Below, piece by piece: positions 20,466-32,295 of a stretch of DNA of 32,295 nt. The notes beneath the pieces were generated by a model. It searched no databases. It was not told the origin of the DNA and worked only from the letters and a program-made list of their open reading frames with translations. The stretch's first letter is position 1. Every line of letters begins with the position of its first letter. Source of the stretch: Hydrurus foetidus (Eukaryota); the NCBI GenBank assembly GCA_900617105.1, contig UYFQ01000188.1, forward strand, positions 1 to 32,295, given 5' to 3'. The position numbers and the translations under genes were made by a program.

Positions 20466-23400
20466 ATGTCGAGCGGCTCTTCTAACACTGATCCCGGCTC
20501 GGGAATATTGCGAACTCCTGATGGCTTCCAAACAGCATCGGGTAGATTGCGTCAACAGCAATCACAGTCGAGTAATTCTTCGACAAATCAACGCTCAGGT
20601 TCATCACCGATAGCATTTGATAATCGTCGTTCGCAGGGTTCATTACCTGACAATGTACGTCGCCCTCAGTCTTCGACTGTCCAATTACAACAACCTTTGT
20701 TTGTATTGAAAGGGCCGCACATCTCTCCTGAAGAGGCTGTTCTGTTTAAGACACAGGCGATACGTGTCCCCGACACTCCTATAAATGAGGTGACGACTCT
20801 ACAGACGTTTCGCCTCATAGATACAGTTATAAAATCTGATATCGACTTCATGGACTATGACGATGATTTCTTCATGCGTTGGTCAGAGCAAATGTCTTTA
20901 ATAGACATTGCTGAAATCGTCATGAAGCATTTCGGGGAGAAAATAGACATGGGTAAAACTTTGAACCAAGCGTTCAATGAGATACCATTTTGCTATTCCC
21001 TTGATGACAATTATTATGAGTTAAACAGTTCACAAAAATGGACGATTTACTCTATAATTATGTCTCAGCTGGTAACGAGGTTACAGCAGAACAAGAGCGT
21101 GAACTAATAATTTCGCTCGAGAAACGTTTAGAACACGGTAATCAAATTAAAATTGATTATGTTGCAGCAAGAGGAAGTAACACAACTCTTCCAGACGACA
21201 CTTTTATGCAATGCAAACGTCGCATAATGCTCGTTCTTGCATCTGCTCGTAAAAAATTAATGAGGTGAAAATGTATGGTAGTATCGACAAGATCTACTCA
21301 TCACCTACACCGGCTATTATGCCGTTTAACCCTAACCGTCAACCGCAAATAAAACTTGCGACGCGTGATCCGGTTACTGGCCAATCTACAGCAAAACAGA
21401 TTCTGGCGAAACGTACAGATAGTACAGCAGTACCACCATTAGCACGGTCTGCATGCTGCCGCTCTTGCGGAAGTGACGAACATATCCTAACGGATTGTCC
21501 TGTCCTTTACTGGTCTGACACCAATACAGATCACCACATCGATTGGATTAACTCTAGAGTGGGTAAACTATGGGCTCAGCAAGGCCATAAAAAGCGTATG
21601 CCTGAACTCATTTTACCGGGTTATGAAAAATTAGTATTACTTCAACCGTTGGGTACTCCACCCAACGCAATGAATTCTGTTGCTGACAACAACAACAACA
21701 AACGTTCGAGGGATCAGTCTAACAACAATCCCAACAACAACAACAACAATACTAACAACCAAGGGTTTAATAACCAAGGTCGCGGAGGCCGAGGTAATTT
21801 AAACAATCAAAACCAAAACCAAAATGGTCCCCAAGGGGGAAACCAGGGTGGAGGTAGAGGGGGCAACCAAAACCGGTACAACCAACCCCAAAACAACACG
21901 GCGTACAACGCCGCAATTGTAGCTGATAATCAGCCAATGGACCAAGATGGAGGTAAACCCATTGAGTCTGCTATGCCAAATATAAATGAAAATTTAAATG
22001 TATTACATACAAATAAATTAGTGCAACATAATGTTCACTCAGATATTTTACAAACACAGAATGTTTCAGTTGATATTCATGTTAATGACCTTAATTGTTC
22101 TATAACACATACGTCACTTTCTAAAAATATTCCGACAACTAAATTTTTATCTGTCATGGTTTTTATACCACAGATTCAAACGGATAAAGCAAGGACGGGA
22201 TCCAACGGATCTAGGATTCAAGCCCAGGCCTTATTGGACACGGGTAGCCTAGTCGGCGATTTTATTTCGCAAAATTTATGTTTAAGTTTAAATGCTTTAC
22301 ATCTTTGCTATACTTCACCTATACCTTTGGTTGTGTGTAGTGGCTTAGATGGTACTTGCTATAGTAATAATACTGTAATCGATATAGGTATTAATTTCAA
22401 ATCGATAAATAATGTATGCCATACCATATATTTGACTGTAAGGGTCAAAGAATCGTCGCTCATAGACTTAATTATTGGCAGAGTCTCTTTAAATAAATAC
22501 TCGTTTTTTAAATTAACTCCTTTCGCTCTTGGGATAAGTGAGGAACACGAACCGATTTCCTCGGCAAGTTCCGATTGCACAGCGTGCGACGAACTACCTG
22601 ATGTCGAACCATTACTTTCGCAACGGTTCACTACAATATTATCCAGTGATAGGATTAATAAAAATTTGATAAAAAATTCAAATATTTTACCTATTGAAGA
22701 ACAGTAAGTTGTAACACAACTTGCTTCTACTTCTAATATCCTAAGGGACTTCGGACAACCTACAACCGAAGGGGAAAGACTGACTATCTGTGGTCACTCA
22801 TGTTGTTCGTCCGGGACAGGGTCCTGCCCGGCATTATTGGAATTAGCTACTCCAGAGGCCGGCTGTGAGAGGGGTCGGGCAGTTCATGGGAGTATCGTTC
22901 ACCCTGAACTGACTCGTGACGGTGATACACCTCCCGAAGATGGATTAGATTACATCCCTCCGACACCAGGGTTTCTTAACGACGAAACGCATGACACTTT
23001 AGGCCACTCGCCAAGTGTTGTCATTATCAGTAACGATGAGATTGACAGTGAGAAAACCGATACTTTCGGACCTTTCCTCCAAGGGACTAGCCCTGATTTA
23101 CCGCCCGACAGTAACGGGTCAGACAAGTTTCTTGACGAAATAACTTTCGTTGGTATGGAAGACCAAATAATTGCAATGAAACTTCTCTGCTTAGAGTTTC
23201 GCGACTTGTTCAGCAATAAAATTGCAACTCTACCAGCTAAACTAGATCCGTTTAGACTGGATGTGAGGGAACAAGAATGGGAAATATCCGCAAACCGGAC
23301 CCCGGTTCGACCCCAATCATCTCGTAAAGAGATTGAAATAAAAAGCCTTAGACGAGATGCTTTCATTAGGTATCATCGAATCTTCGAGTGCAGTCTATTA

Positions 23401-25927
23401 CAGTCACCCTGTAGTAGTACAAAAGACAGCTGATACGTATCGATTCTGCATCGATTACAGACTCTTAAATGCGTGCATGCAACCAGCTAGTTTTCCGCTA
23501 CCGAATATTCGGGGTCTTTTTGAACGCATTGGCCGTCACCAAGCCGATATTTTCGGTGTAATGGACTTAACTGCCGGTTACCATCAAGCTCCGCTTTATG
23601 AACCACATCGCCATTTTACGGCATTCATATGCTATGCAGGCATATTCCATTTTACTAGACTCCCCTTTGGACCTAGGTGTGCTCCCTCTTACTTCCAAGA
23701 GCAGATGGCCACCAAAGTCCTTCGCGGTCTCATATATATGATATGCGAAATATATCTTGACGATATAATTATATATGGCCGGGGATTTGCAGAGTTTCTT
23801 AGTAGACTGAGAGATATATTTTTACGTTTACGTGAATTTCGCATTTTGCTAAAAGCAAAGAAATGCAAATATGGTTGTAAAAGCCTAGAGTATGTTGGTC
23901 GTACAATCTCAAAAGACGGATTATCCATGTCTGAGACAAAAATTGAGTCTATACTCAACTTTCCAAGACCACAGACTTTAACAGCACTTCGCTCGTTACT
24001 GGGTCTTGCGAACTATTTTAGAGGATTTGTACCAAATCACTCTACTATAGTCGCACCTTTACAGAGATTAGTTGATTCTAAAGCTCACAAAAATCACCAA
24101 TTATTTGGACACCTAGTGCTATACTAGCATTCCAACACGTAAGAGTGGCTATATCAAGATGCCCTCTAATGTATTTTCTTGATGAAAAGTCAACTATTAA
24201 GTTATACACTGACGCATCAGATTATGGAATCGGTGGTGTGTTAATTCAAGTTGTTAACAATGAATGGAGACCTATCGCTTTCATTAGCAAGTCCCTTTCT
24301 GCAACACAATTAAAATGGTCCACGATACAAAAAGAAGCTTATGCTATCTATTACTCGTGTCAACAACTTGATTCTTTAATTAGAGATCGTGAGTTTGAAA
24401 TACATACCGATCATAAAAACATTACATATATGAAACAAACACCAACTTCAATGGTGTCACGGTGGTTTATAGCTTTACAAGAATTAAATTTCAAAGTTAT
24501 ATTTGTGAAAGGCACACAAAATCAGCTAGCAGACGGTCTATCAAGACTTTGTCCCAACATAGCTAAGTTAGCTTTACCGTTCACACCGGTAGCTACTAGC
24601 AATAATGAAATAGTATTATCTGCACTGACAGTTATACCTGAACCTAATCCAGAACAACTTGAATGGATGGAACAATGTCACAACGCAATAGTTGGACATG
24701 GTGGTTCTTCTAGAACTCTTACCAAACTTTTCAGTTTAGGTCATGCATGGAAGTATATGCGACAGCACGTACGTATGTTCATTGCATCTTGCCCATGCTG
24801 TCAAAAGATGAGCATGATAAAGGTACCGGTTGAAGTTCAACATTATGTGACTTCTTCTAACCGACCTTTTGACGTCGTGAATATCGATTTTATCGGGCCA
24901 TACCCAGACGATTCATACGTTCTTGTTATTATTGACACATTTTCTAAATGGATTGAACTTTTCCATTGCAAAGATGCCACTGCTAAATCAGCATGTGAGG
25001 CACTCTTGCAACATTTTGGTCGCTACGGCGCTCCCAATATGATTAGATCTGATAAAGGTTCTCATTTCGCAAACGATTTGATAAAGAGTTTCTTGTTTTA
25101 ACAGGTACTCCACACAACCTTACATTATCTTATTCTAAACAAGAAAATGGGGTAGTTGAACGTGCTAACAGAGAAGTCAACAGACATCTTCGCGCATTAA
25201 CTTTCGAAACTAATGATGTAAATAACTACAGATTAAGTCTTCCATTTGTACAAAGAATTATAAATAGTTCTATACACGAAACTACAGGCGTAGCACCTGC
25301 TAGTATGTTGTTCGGGAATCAAGTAAATCTTGATAGAGGTATTCTTATACCCAATCCGGTAATTCGAAACACTGAAAAGAGCTCAGCTCTTATATCTAAT
25401 ATGTTATACATACAAGATCAAGTAATGCTAAATGCAATTGCAAAAGTAACACTAGCAAAAGCAAGACATTTAGTGAAAAATGCCAAACCATTGACTGTAT
25501 TTCCAGTTGGTTCATATGTTTTAGCAAAGTATGCTGTGGGGCCACCCACTCGTTTACACACTAAATGGCAGGGACCATTTCAGGTCATTTCGTATATCGA
25601 TTCAGAATACACATTACTTAATTTAGTGAATAAATCTGAACGAATTACCCATGCAAGTAATCTGAAGCAGTTTATTTTTGATCCTTCAAGAACATCTGCT
25701 CCAGATATTGCTAGACGGGATTATATGGAATTCTTTGTTGAATCCATTGTAGAACATCGTGGAGACACAAAACGATTAAATTCGTTGTTTTTAAAGTAAA
25801 ATGGCTCAATTACGATGATTCACATAATTCATGGGAACCATGGAATGCATTAAGAACATGCGACAAACTACACGATTATCTTCGTTCAAATCAAAAGCTC
25901 AAGAAATTGATGCCTAAAAACTTCTAA
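20466..25927 (+). pseudogene. gag-pol: Gypsy A gag-pol with ~6 frameshifts and one in-frame TAA (22705)
   Basis: Knuckle CRSCGSDEHILTDC; protease LLDTGS; RT RFCIDYR, DLTAGYHQ, YLDD; RNase H TDASDYGIG, TDHKN, ADGLSR; integrase H..GHGG..CPCCQ, NIDFIG, RSDKGSHF, ENGVVERAN; chromodomain FFVESIVEHRG...KVKWLNYDDSHNSWEPW. Confidence 0.95.
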
Positions 25928-26320
25928 ACATTAATTTGTTATTATGATGTGGTATCTTTTGAAGATTTTTTAGCCTAATTTTTTGCCCTCTGGGTTTTTA
26001 TGGTTTTTAGTCAGTAAGAATCTGACATACCCACATCATAATATATGTTATTTTGTACATACATTAATTTGTATTGATTTACAAAATAAACTTATTTCCA
26101 CGACCACTCCCGACTCTCTTTAAATTTTGTTATTTTGTTAAATTTTGTTTTACTATTTTATATTGAAATCTTTTCTTTTTCTTTTATATTTCTGTAATCG
26201 AATTACTTTTCATGTAAATATGTTAGTATCATTTTTAAATTTTATTTTATTTTTTAAAATATAGCTTAATTAGAGATAAGTGGGAGTAGGGTCATTCTCT
26301 GTGGAGATAAGTAGGAGTAG

Positions 26321-26538
26321 TGTAGCCATATGCCATTTAGTATGGCATTATGAGCTTCTAGGACTATCGGTCTACAGATCGGTCTACAGGGTCGTAGGCT
26401 TCCAGCCTCACCCTTACAACGTGTACTCTGCTATCATCTAGCTAGTTCACGTAGAAGTTACCCTAGCTACGGCTTTCCCCTGTAACTAAGACTTCAGCTC
26501 CTCTCCTTTCCTTTCTCTCTTTTGCCATTCGGACTACA
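26321..26538 (+). repeat. Gypsy A 3' LTR
   Basis: Direct repeat of 19677-19894, preceded by GAGATAAGTAGGAGTAG. Confidence 0.97.
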
Positions 26539-26830
26539 ACATTTGTCTTCGCCGAAATTGAGGTATCCATCTCATTTGTCTTCGTTGGAATTCAGGAATC
26601 CATCTCATTTGTCTTCGTTGGAATTCAGGAATCCATCACATTTGACTTCGCCGAAATTGAGGTATCCATCACATTTGTCTTCGCCGGATTTGAGGTATCC
26701 ATCACATTTGTCTTCGTTGGAATTCAGGAATCCATCGCATTTGTCTTCGCCGAAATTGAGATATCCATCACATTTGTCTCCGCCGAAATTTAGGAATCCA
26801 TCTCATTTGTCTTCGTTGAATTTCAGGTAT
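26539..26830. repeat. 33-bp minisatellite, right part (~9 units)
   Basis: Same two unit variants; phase continues exactly from 19676 after removing the TSD. Confidence 0.95.
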
Positions 26831-27096
26831 GTCAAAGAGAGGATTGGCAGAAACGAAGTCGTGGGGACTCAGTGAGAATTTGTGTATGTTGGCGGCACTG
26901 ATGTCTATGATGAGTGAAGAGCAGTGGGATTGGTTTACTACGGGGAATACAATGGATGTGAGAGCGGTAGTGAAGAAAGCGCTGGAATTAAAGGATGATC
27001 ACATTTTTGAGCACGGCATTTCTGCCAAGGACATATACACGGTGTTCGTTTATGTTGTATTGGAGAATGAAAAGAGGGGAATCAAGCCCTTAATTT

Positions 27097-27838
27097 TACT
27101 CGTCGGTAGACATGAATCCAATGGGACAGAACATATGAATGCACTATTCATGGGTCACCTCCGCCGCCTCGTGCACAATGAGCGACTCACTCACCGCTGG
27201 GCATTAGACACAGTGCTACCACTTATTAATCACGCGCTTGCAACATCACCAAATTTTAACTAGGAGGCCTAACGCCCATTGAGCTCAAATTTGGCACCGA
27301 CGCACTTGAGCATTTCAAGCTTCCTCCACAGCTACCAGGACATGACTACACCGCCCTTGTGAAACAACTTGATTCTAATCTAGCTGTTGTACGCTCTGCC
27401 ACATCTGATTTCCAAACTACCCTTCGCAGAAAACGCCACACTACCACACCATCCCAAAATCAATTTGCTCCTGGAGATGTCATCCTTTGGAACCCAAGAG
27501 AAAATCCGTTTAGCTTCAGATCAACAAAACTCGCGCCAAAGCTACTTGGTCCCTACTGAGTAATATCACAGCACAAGAATGATATATCATGTGAGCACGT
27601 CGTCTTACATACCCATCATACCCTCCATAGCTCCCGCGTTGCTCCTTTCTACGGCACAAGGGAGTCCGAGAATACCGTCGCTCTCCTCGACGATGACGAA
27701 TTCATAGTCGAAGACATCCTGTCACACAGAGGACATTGGAAACAAATCAAAAACATGGCGTTTTTAGTACATTGGGCCGGCTACGACTCGTCCCACGACT
27801 CCTGGGAGCCATGGTCAGCCCTACGCCGTGTAGACAAA
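27097..27838 (+). pseudogene. Gypsy integrase C-terminal half plus chromodomain fragment
   Basis: LVGRHESNGTEHMN...LPLINHALAT, FAPGDVIL...KLAPKLLGPY (GPY/F motif), EFIVEDILSHRG...FLVHWAGYDSSHDSWEPWSALRRVDK; frameshifts and stops. Confidence 0.9.
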
Positions 27839-30800
27839 ATCATCCGAGACAGCCAGTCTGCTACGGTATTTTCTTTGCCGGGTATGTGTCGTATCTGGAA
27901 GTTGTAGCTTTGGAGCAGGACACGCCAACGGATGATGATTGGGACAAGGCTGTTCTCCATCCAGATCAGATTCCTGTGGTCAGTTTCCATCACAAACTCT
28001 TTGCCACACAGGTAATAGCTGAACTGTGTAACAGCAAAGTATAGTGCATAGGCCTCTTGTTTGAAGGTGTCCCAGTTTACAGCAGCTCCAGAGTATTTGT
28101 GGGAAGCAAATGCTATAGGCTGATGTACGATGGTGTCAGGAGAAGGGCTGTACTTTTGGAATAGGACAGTACCTACTGCATGATCGGAAGAGTCAGAGCG
28201 GATAATCTAAGGGAGGGAGTAGTCCGGGAAATGTAGAGTCACTGATGCTTCAATAGCCGTTTTGAATAGGTCAAACAGCGCACGATAGTCCTTGGTCCAT
28301 TGTGATTCAGTCCAAGAAAATCCAGCAGCTGTGCATTCGTAGAGAGACGAAGCCCAGGACGCATAGTTTGGTATATGAGTATGGAAGAAATTCGCAGCAC
28401 CGAGGAAGCTCTGCATTTGTTTCTGAGTTGTTGGAAATATCATCTTGGCGATTGCATCTTTGCGTGATCGAGAGAGGCTCCAAGAACCTGGGTGGACTTC
28501 GTAACCGAAGAAGGTTACGACGTCAGTACCAATCCATGATTTCTTCATCTTGAGAACAAGGCGACGTTTCTGGCAACGACGTAGCACTAGTTCTAGCTTG
28601 ACCGCTGCGTCAGCGTAGTCGAAAGCAAGCACGAGGAAGTTATCGAAGATGACTATGATCCAAGATTCAAAGTCAGCAAAGATGAAACGGACGATGGATT
28701 GAAGTATACCGGAGGCCAGACCAACACCTTCTGGTAAGAAGAGTGGACGAAACAATCCCCAAGGAGTTGATACAGAAAGAAGTTCAGAGCTGGATTCGTC
28801 GATGGGGATTTGATGAAAAGAGTTCGTCATATCTAAGTCGATAAATATTTTCCAACCAGCTGCCTTCATTAATGTTTGTTGTACATGAGGGATTGGTTCT
28901 TGAGGAATCCAAATGTACATGTTTACTGGTCGGTAGTCACCACACAGACGAATAAATGGAGTAGTGGTCTTTGGTGCTACGACTAAAGGAGAGGCGATGG
29001 GGCTCCTAGACGGGACGTAGAAGTAACCTCTCATCCGTTCAAATCCTTTCTTTGCATCCTGATATAGTGCTTCACGGAGAGGACGAGTATGAGCTTTGAT
29101 GTAATCTGGTAGACCAGGTTTGATCTCGAGATGAATTGGGTGCATGAACAAAAACGTCCAAGGCAAGCTCTGAAGTCAGGAGGTCCATAACATCTGGACA
29201 GGCTTCTCTCATAGCAGACGTGACATGAGACTCGAGGTCTGTAATGTAAGCAGCTCGAGCTTCTTCAGCAGAAGTGGAGAGGTGAGTAAGAATATCATCA
29301 GGGAAGCTAGTAGGGTCCGGAGTGAATTGTTCTTCAGGGGCAATGTCATCTAGAGGCATGGACCACGGAGGAAGAATGATTCCAGGACTTGGTGCTGCAA
29401 TGAGAGTCGAGAGGATGGTATGGCGAGTCTCTATCCGATTATCAGCGTAGACTGCACCGTAGCGCGGATGAGTTAATATCTCTGCAACAGTGCCATCATC
29501 GTATGGAGAATGGATGACGTTGGTTAAGGAGCTGTTGCATATTGCCGTCTTGCGGTGTGCATAATTGTTACGTTGGGAGTTCAGAGAACGTGCGATACGT
29601 ATGACATCCTTTGGTATACGGTCAGTAGCAATGTTTCGTACGGTGTCTGTGAGGGTATCGATCTGTAGAAGATCGGTACCATGGACATAAGTGCGACGGG
29701 AGGTGATGACAGCATCAGCGAAGAGATCATAGTAGGGGCCTATGAGATCAACTAAGCCAATTATGAGGTCATGGCTGAGTTCGTCAAGAACACTGTACCA
29801 TATCGGATGGATATGAGAAGTGTTGGTGAAGTCGAGGAAAGCAGCTGATAGGCGGACTTCTTTACTGATAGCGAGATGTCGTGTGTCGCCTAGGCGGACA
29901 ATACGGTCAGTAGGACGGGTGGACGCAATTACTGCCTTGAGCACCAGTATCAAGAAGACCTTTCTTAAAGTAGATTGGTGTTTCATTCTGATAAGTAATG
30001 CATCCAGTTCGGATAAAAGGTCGGCAAATATTTCTTGCATCAGTGGAGGTAGCCGTAGCTAAGTGGTAGAGGATTAGATCTGAGAGCATGGCATCAGAGT
30101 CAAAGATGGTTGGCCCAGGATCTAAGAGGGCAGGTTTTCTGGCGGGGTGATCCTCGTCAACAATTGTTGACAGAGAGGGCCCCGCAATGACTCATTTGGA
30201 GAATGACCGATAAGGGGCCGAAGAATTCGACTGGCGATTAGGCACTGAATTTCTGCTTGCGGCATGAGGATTGCGGGTATCAGCTCGCTGGTCGTTACGC
30301 GAGGACGAGATCGATGGACGAGGCACAACAACGGCTGACTGATTTGGTTTGATTGCATTCCACGGCGGGAGTTGACTGTGAGCAACCAATTCTCGCTTCA
30401 TAAGAAGATTGAATGATTGGATGCAACGCTCTTGTCCAGCCGAACTGTGGTCGAGGGAGCAGCCATGGTCACGACGATTGCATTTACCATAGACAAATAG
30501 CTCGCTGCAGTAACCGCGGAACGTAGCAGCGATTGCACTGCGAGCACTGGGGTTATCCGTGATGGCGGCGAACGTAGTATCTAGTTCATCATCAGGAATA
30601 TCCTCAGGGACTTGAGGTGGAGACCCTGGAAGAGAATCGGCTGAGCAGTTTGGAATTTCACACGACTCTGAATTCGTATAGTCTTGATTGTCTTCGTCTG
30701 TTTCGACATCTGAAAGGGTATCTTGCTGGTCGCAGGGCATATTGAAGGATGGGGGTCGAAGGTCGATTGCTGAGAATCCGGCACGGCTAGGCATTTGGCG

Positions 30801-31120
30801 TGCCCACGTAGGTTCGTAGGTACTGACTTGATGACCATATGATGGGGTTTGAAATCGAGTGTAACTTTCTCCTTGGGTGTGGCGATTTTCTTCGTATCGA
30901 ATAGGCGTGAGCTTGGCATCAAAGTCTTAACGGACCTCACTATGAGAGCGGCCTTCCATGAGCTTTGCTCGAACGAATTTGACGGCGGCATCCAAAGTTT
31001 TGTACTTTGTCAACTTGTCTTTTCCGAGCCATTGCATGACCGAGTCTTTCTGGGAGCCAAGGGAGATTAACCAAAGAGCTATATGGCCTGGGCTTTCCTT
31101 TGTTCCGTAACCAGTGGGTG
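27839..31120 (-). mobile_element. Degraded Ty3/Gypsy element (Gypsy B): gag-PR-RT-RNase H, cut at both ends
   Basis: Gag C-terminus 30192-30794 (open upstream with stops to ~31120); protease LLDTGAQGSN; RT RLCGDYR, DLDMTNSFHQ, IFDN, QSFLGAANFF; RNase H ETDHRNL...HIPGKENTVADWLSR. Confidence 0.92.
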
Positions 31121-32295
31121 TGTGATAGTACCGGGTCCAGGGTCCCGATCCTACCGGGTACCGAATCTACCGGATCCTACCGGGTACTACTACTGTACAC
31201 TACAGTTAGGCTGTAGTATCGTCGTAGCCATCTGCAGCGTCCACTTAGAAGTTGACTAGCTTCTAGCTTAGACACCTGTAACTAAGCCTACCTCCTCTAG
31301 CCCCCCTTTCTACATTTGCCCGACCACAATAGCGCTATTATCCTCGGGAAATTTTCTGCTGCCTCTAATTCCCCTCTACTCGTCCCAACTTTAGTTACGA
31401 CTTCCACCACCTGAGTATTATTACTCACGACATCTTCGGAGTCGAAATTCTTGCTGAGCTACGCTCCAAGAACTTAGTTTTAAGTTAGCGAAAGTTGGGC
31501 TTAGCCTCTTTCCTCTTGGAACCCATTATTGGTGTCTCCAAAGTTCGTAGTTGGTTGAATTCGCGAAAGCCTTCACCACTCGACACTTTCAAACTCGTCG
31601 GTTTGCAATTTGAACATTGGATTCATTGCTAGCGACACCAAATTAGTCTAAGGACTTCTTTTGGCTGGTGGGAATTACTTCCTTCATCCTTTACGGACAC
31701 CAAAAATTTTCTCCACTCAAAAATTGGCTTTCACGCCTAAGAGATTTTCTCAACAAGAGTTGGTTGAAATCGACTTATTCGCTGTTACTTGCGTAAAGTA
31801 CCCTCAAAGCTAACAAGGCGAAGCTCTGGCAAAAAAAAATTGACGCGGAGATCCCTTCGTTGCTTAGACTTTGACGGAATTATAACGTCTCGAAGTCATA
31901 TACCATGGCCGATGACGAAGAAGCATCTTACCCTCGCTACGACGATGAGGGTAACCTCATCGAACATCCTCCAGTGGTTGACACTGAGGAAGAGGAAGCG
32001 CTCGAAGAGGACGGGGGTATTTTAAATGCCACCCAAACCTCACAGTCTTCAGTGGCACAGACTATACTGTTTCCACAGACTATGCAGATGCAGCGAGAGA
32101 TATTCGTCCTAAAAGGCGATTACATCACTCCGCAAGACGCTGAGAGCTTCTTTGAGCAAGCTCAGCGGCTGCCTCGCTTACGCATTAATGAATGCATGCA
32201 ACGTCAAGCGATTGACTTGCTCCACGTCAAGATTATGACAGACGCCGCCCCTTCGTCTCTGACAATAGAACAGAGGTTCGAATGGCAGAATATAC
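31121..32295 (+). mobile_element. 5' part of a third Gypsy (Gypsy C), related to Gypsy A, apparently inserted in Gypsy B gag
   Basis: LTR ~31121-31328 (TGTG...CACA; start approximate) shares blocks TAGAAGTT, CTAGCT, CCTGTAACTAAG, CTCCTCT, TTTGCC with the Gypsy A LTR; followed by a pyrimidine-rich leader and gag. Confidence 0.85.
31905..32295 (+). CDS. gag: Gypsy C Gag N-terminus (runs off the right edge)
   Basis: Open frame MADDEEASY...MQMQREIFVLKGDYITPQDAESFFEQAQRLPRLRINE, homologous to Gypsy A VQLQQPLFVLKGPHISPEEAVLFKTQAIRVPDTPINE. Confidence 0.85.
   Translation, partial: MADDEEASYPRYDDEGNLIEHPPVVDTEEEEALEEDGGILNATQTSQSSVAQTILFPQTMQMQREIFVLKGDYITPQDAESFFEQAQRLPRLRINECMQRQAIDLLHVKIMTDAAPSSLTIEQRFEWQNI

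Larger units (their letters stand above)
19677..26538 (+). mobile_element. Full-length Ty3/Gypsy chromovirus-type LTR retrotransposon (Gypsy A)
   Basis: 218-bp LTRs (19677-19894, 26321-26538; TGTAG...CTACA) that appear identical; 4-bp TSD ACAT (19673-19676, 26539-26542); PPT before the 3' LTR; gag-PR-RT-RH-IN-chromodomain order. Confidence 0.98.

Noticed and set aside
22705..22707. In-frame TAA as programmed readthrough
   Set aside because: It lies after the protease rather than at the gag/pol border and has no evident downstream structure; more likely a mutation or error.
26539..26830. 33-bp repeats as a CRISPR array
   Set aside because: Units are contiguous with no unique spacers, there are no cas genes, and the context is eukaryotic.
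26539..26830. EF-hand-like minus-strand reading DKCDGYLNFGE
   Set aside because: Several units have TGA in that frame and there are no flanking helices.
31127..31190. TACCGGG repeat cluster as a separate MITE
   Set aside because: It falls within the inferred Gypsy C LTR, where Gypsy A also has short tandem repeats.

Overview
Eukaryotic DNA (GT-AG introns present) made almost entirely of nested transposable elements. No convincing host gene was found. The CoDi-like Copia motifs suggest a stramenopile/algal host, but that is inference. In order: (1) an ISL2EU/Harbinger-superfamily transposase pseudogene (-) interrupted by a 1.29-kb TTAA-flanked TIR element; (2) a degraded Copia (-); (3) a pogo/DDE_1 transposase remnant fused head-to-head to a two-gene PIF/Harbinger element; (4) an orphan PPT+LTR with a tRNA-like half and a (TTGAAG)n tract; (5) a young Copia with an intact 1570-aa polyprotein; (6) a 33-bp minisatellite split by a full-length chromodomain Gypsy (identical 218-bp LTRs, ACAT TSD); (7) a rearranged second Gypsy; (8) the 5' end of a third Gypsy. 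The most interesting signal is that none of the three elements with a clear 5' LTR junction has a tRNA primer-binding site. The Copia has a 10-nt PBS-position sequence complementary to its own LTR (Tf1-like self-priming geometry). Two diverged Gypsy elements have co-varying 12-bp palindromes (AATAGATCTATT / AATAGCGCTATT) at that position. Two candidate Gag:Pol control signals are also visible: a retained intron, and a UGA followed by a hairpin. All calls were made by eye; no searches were run.
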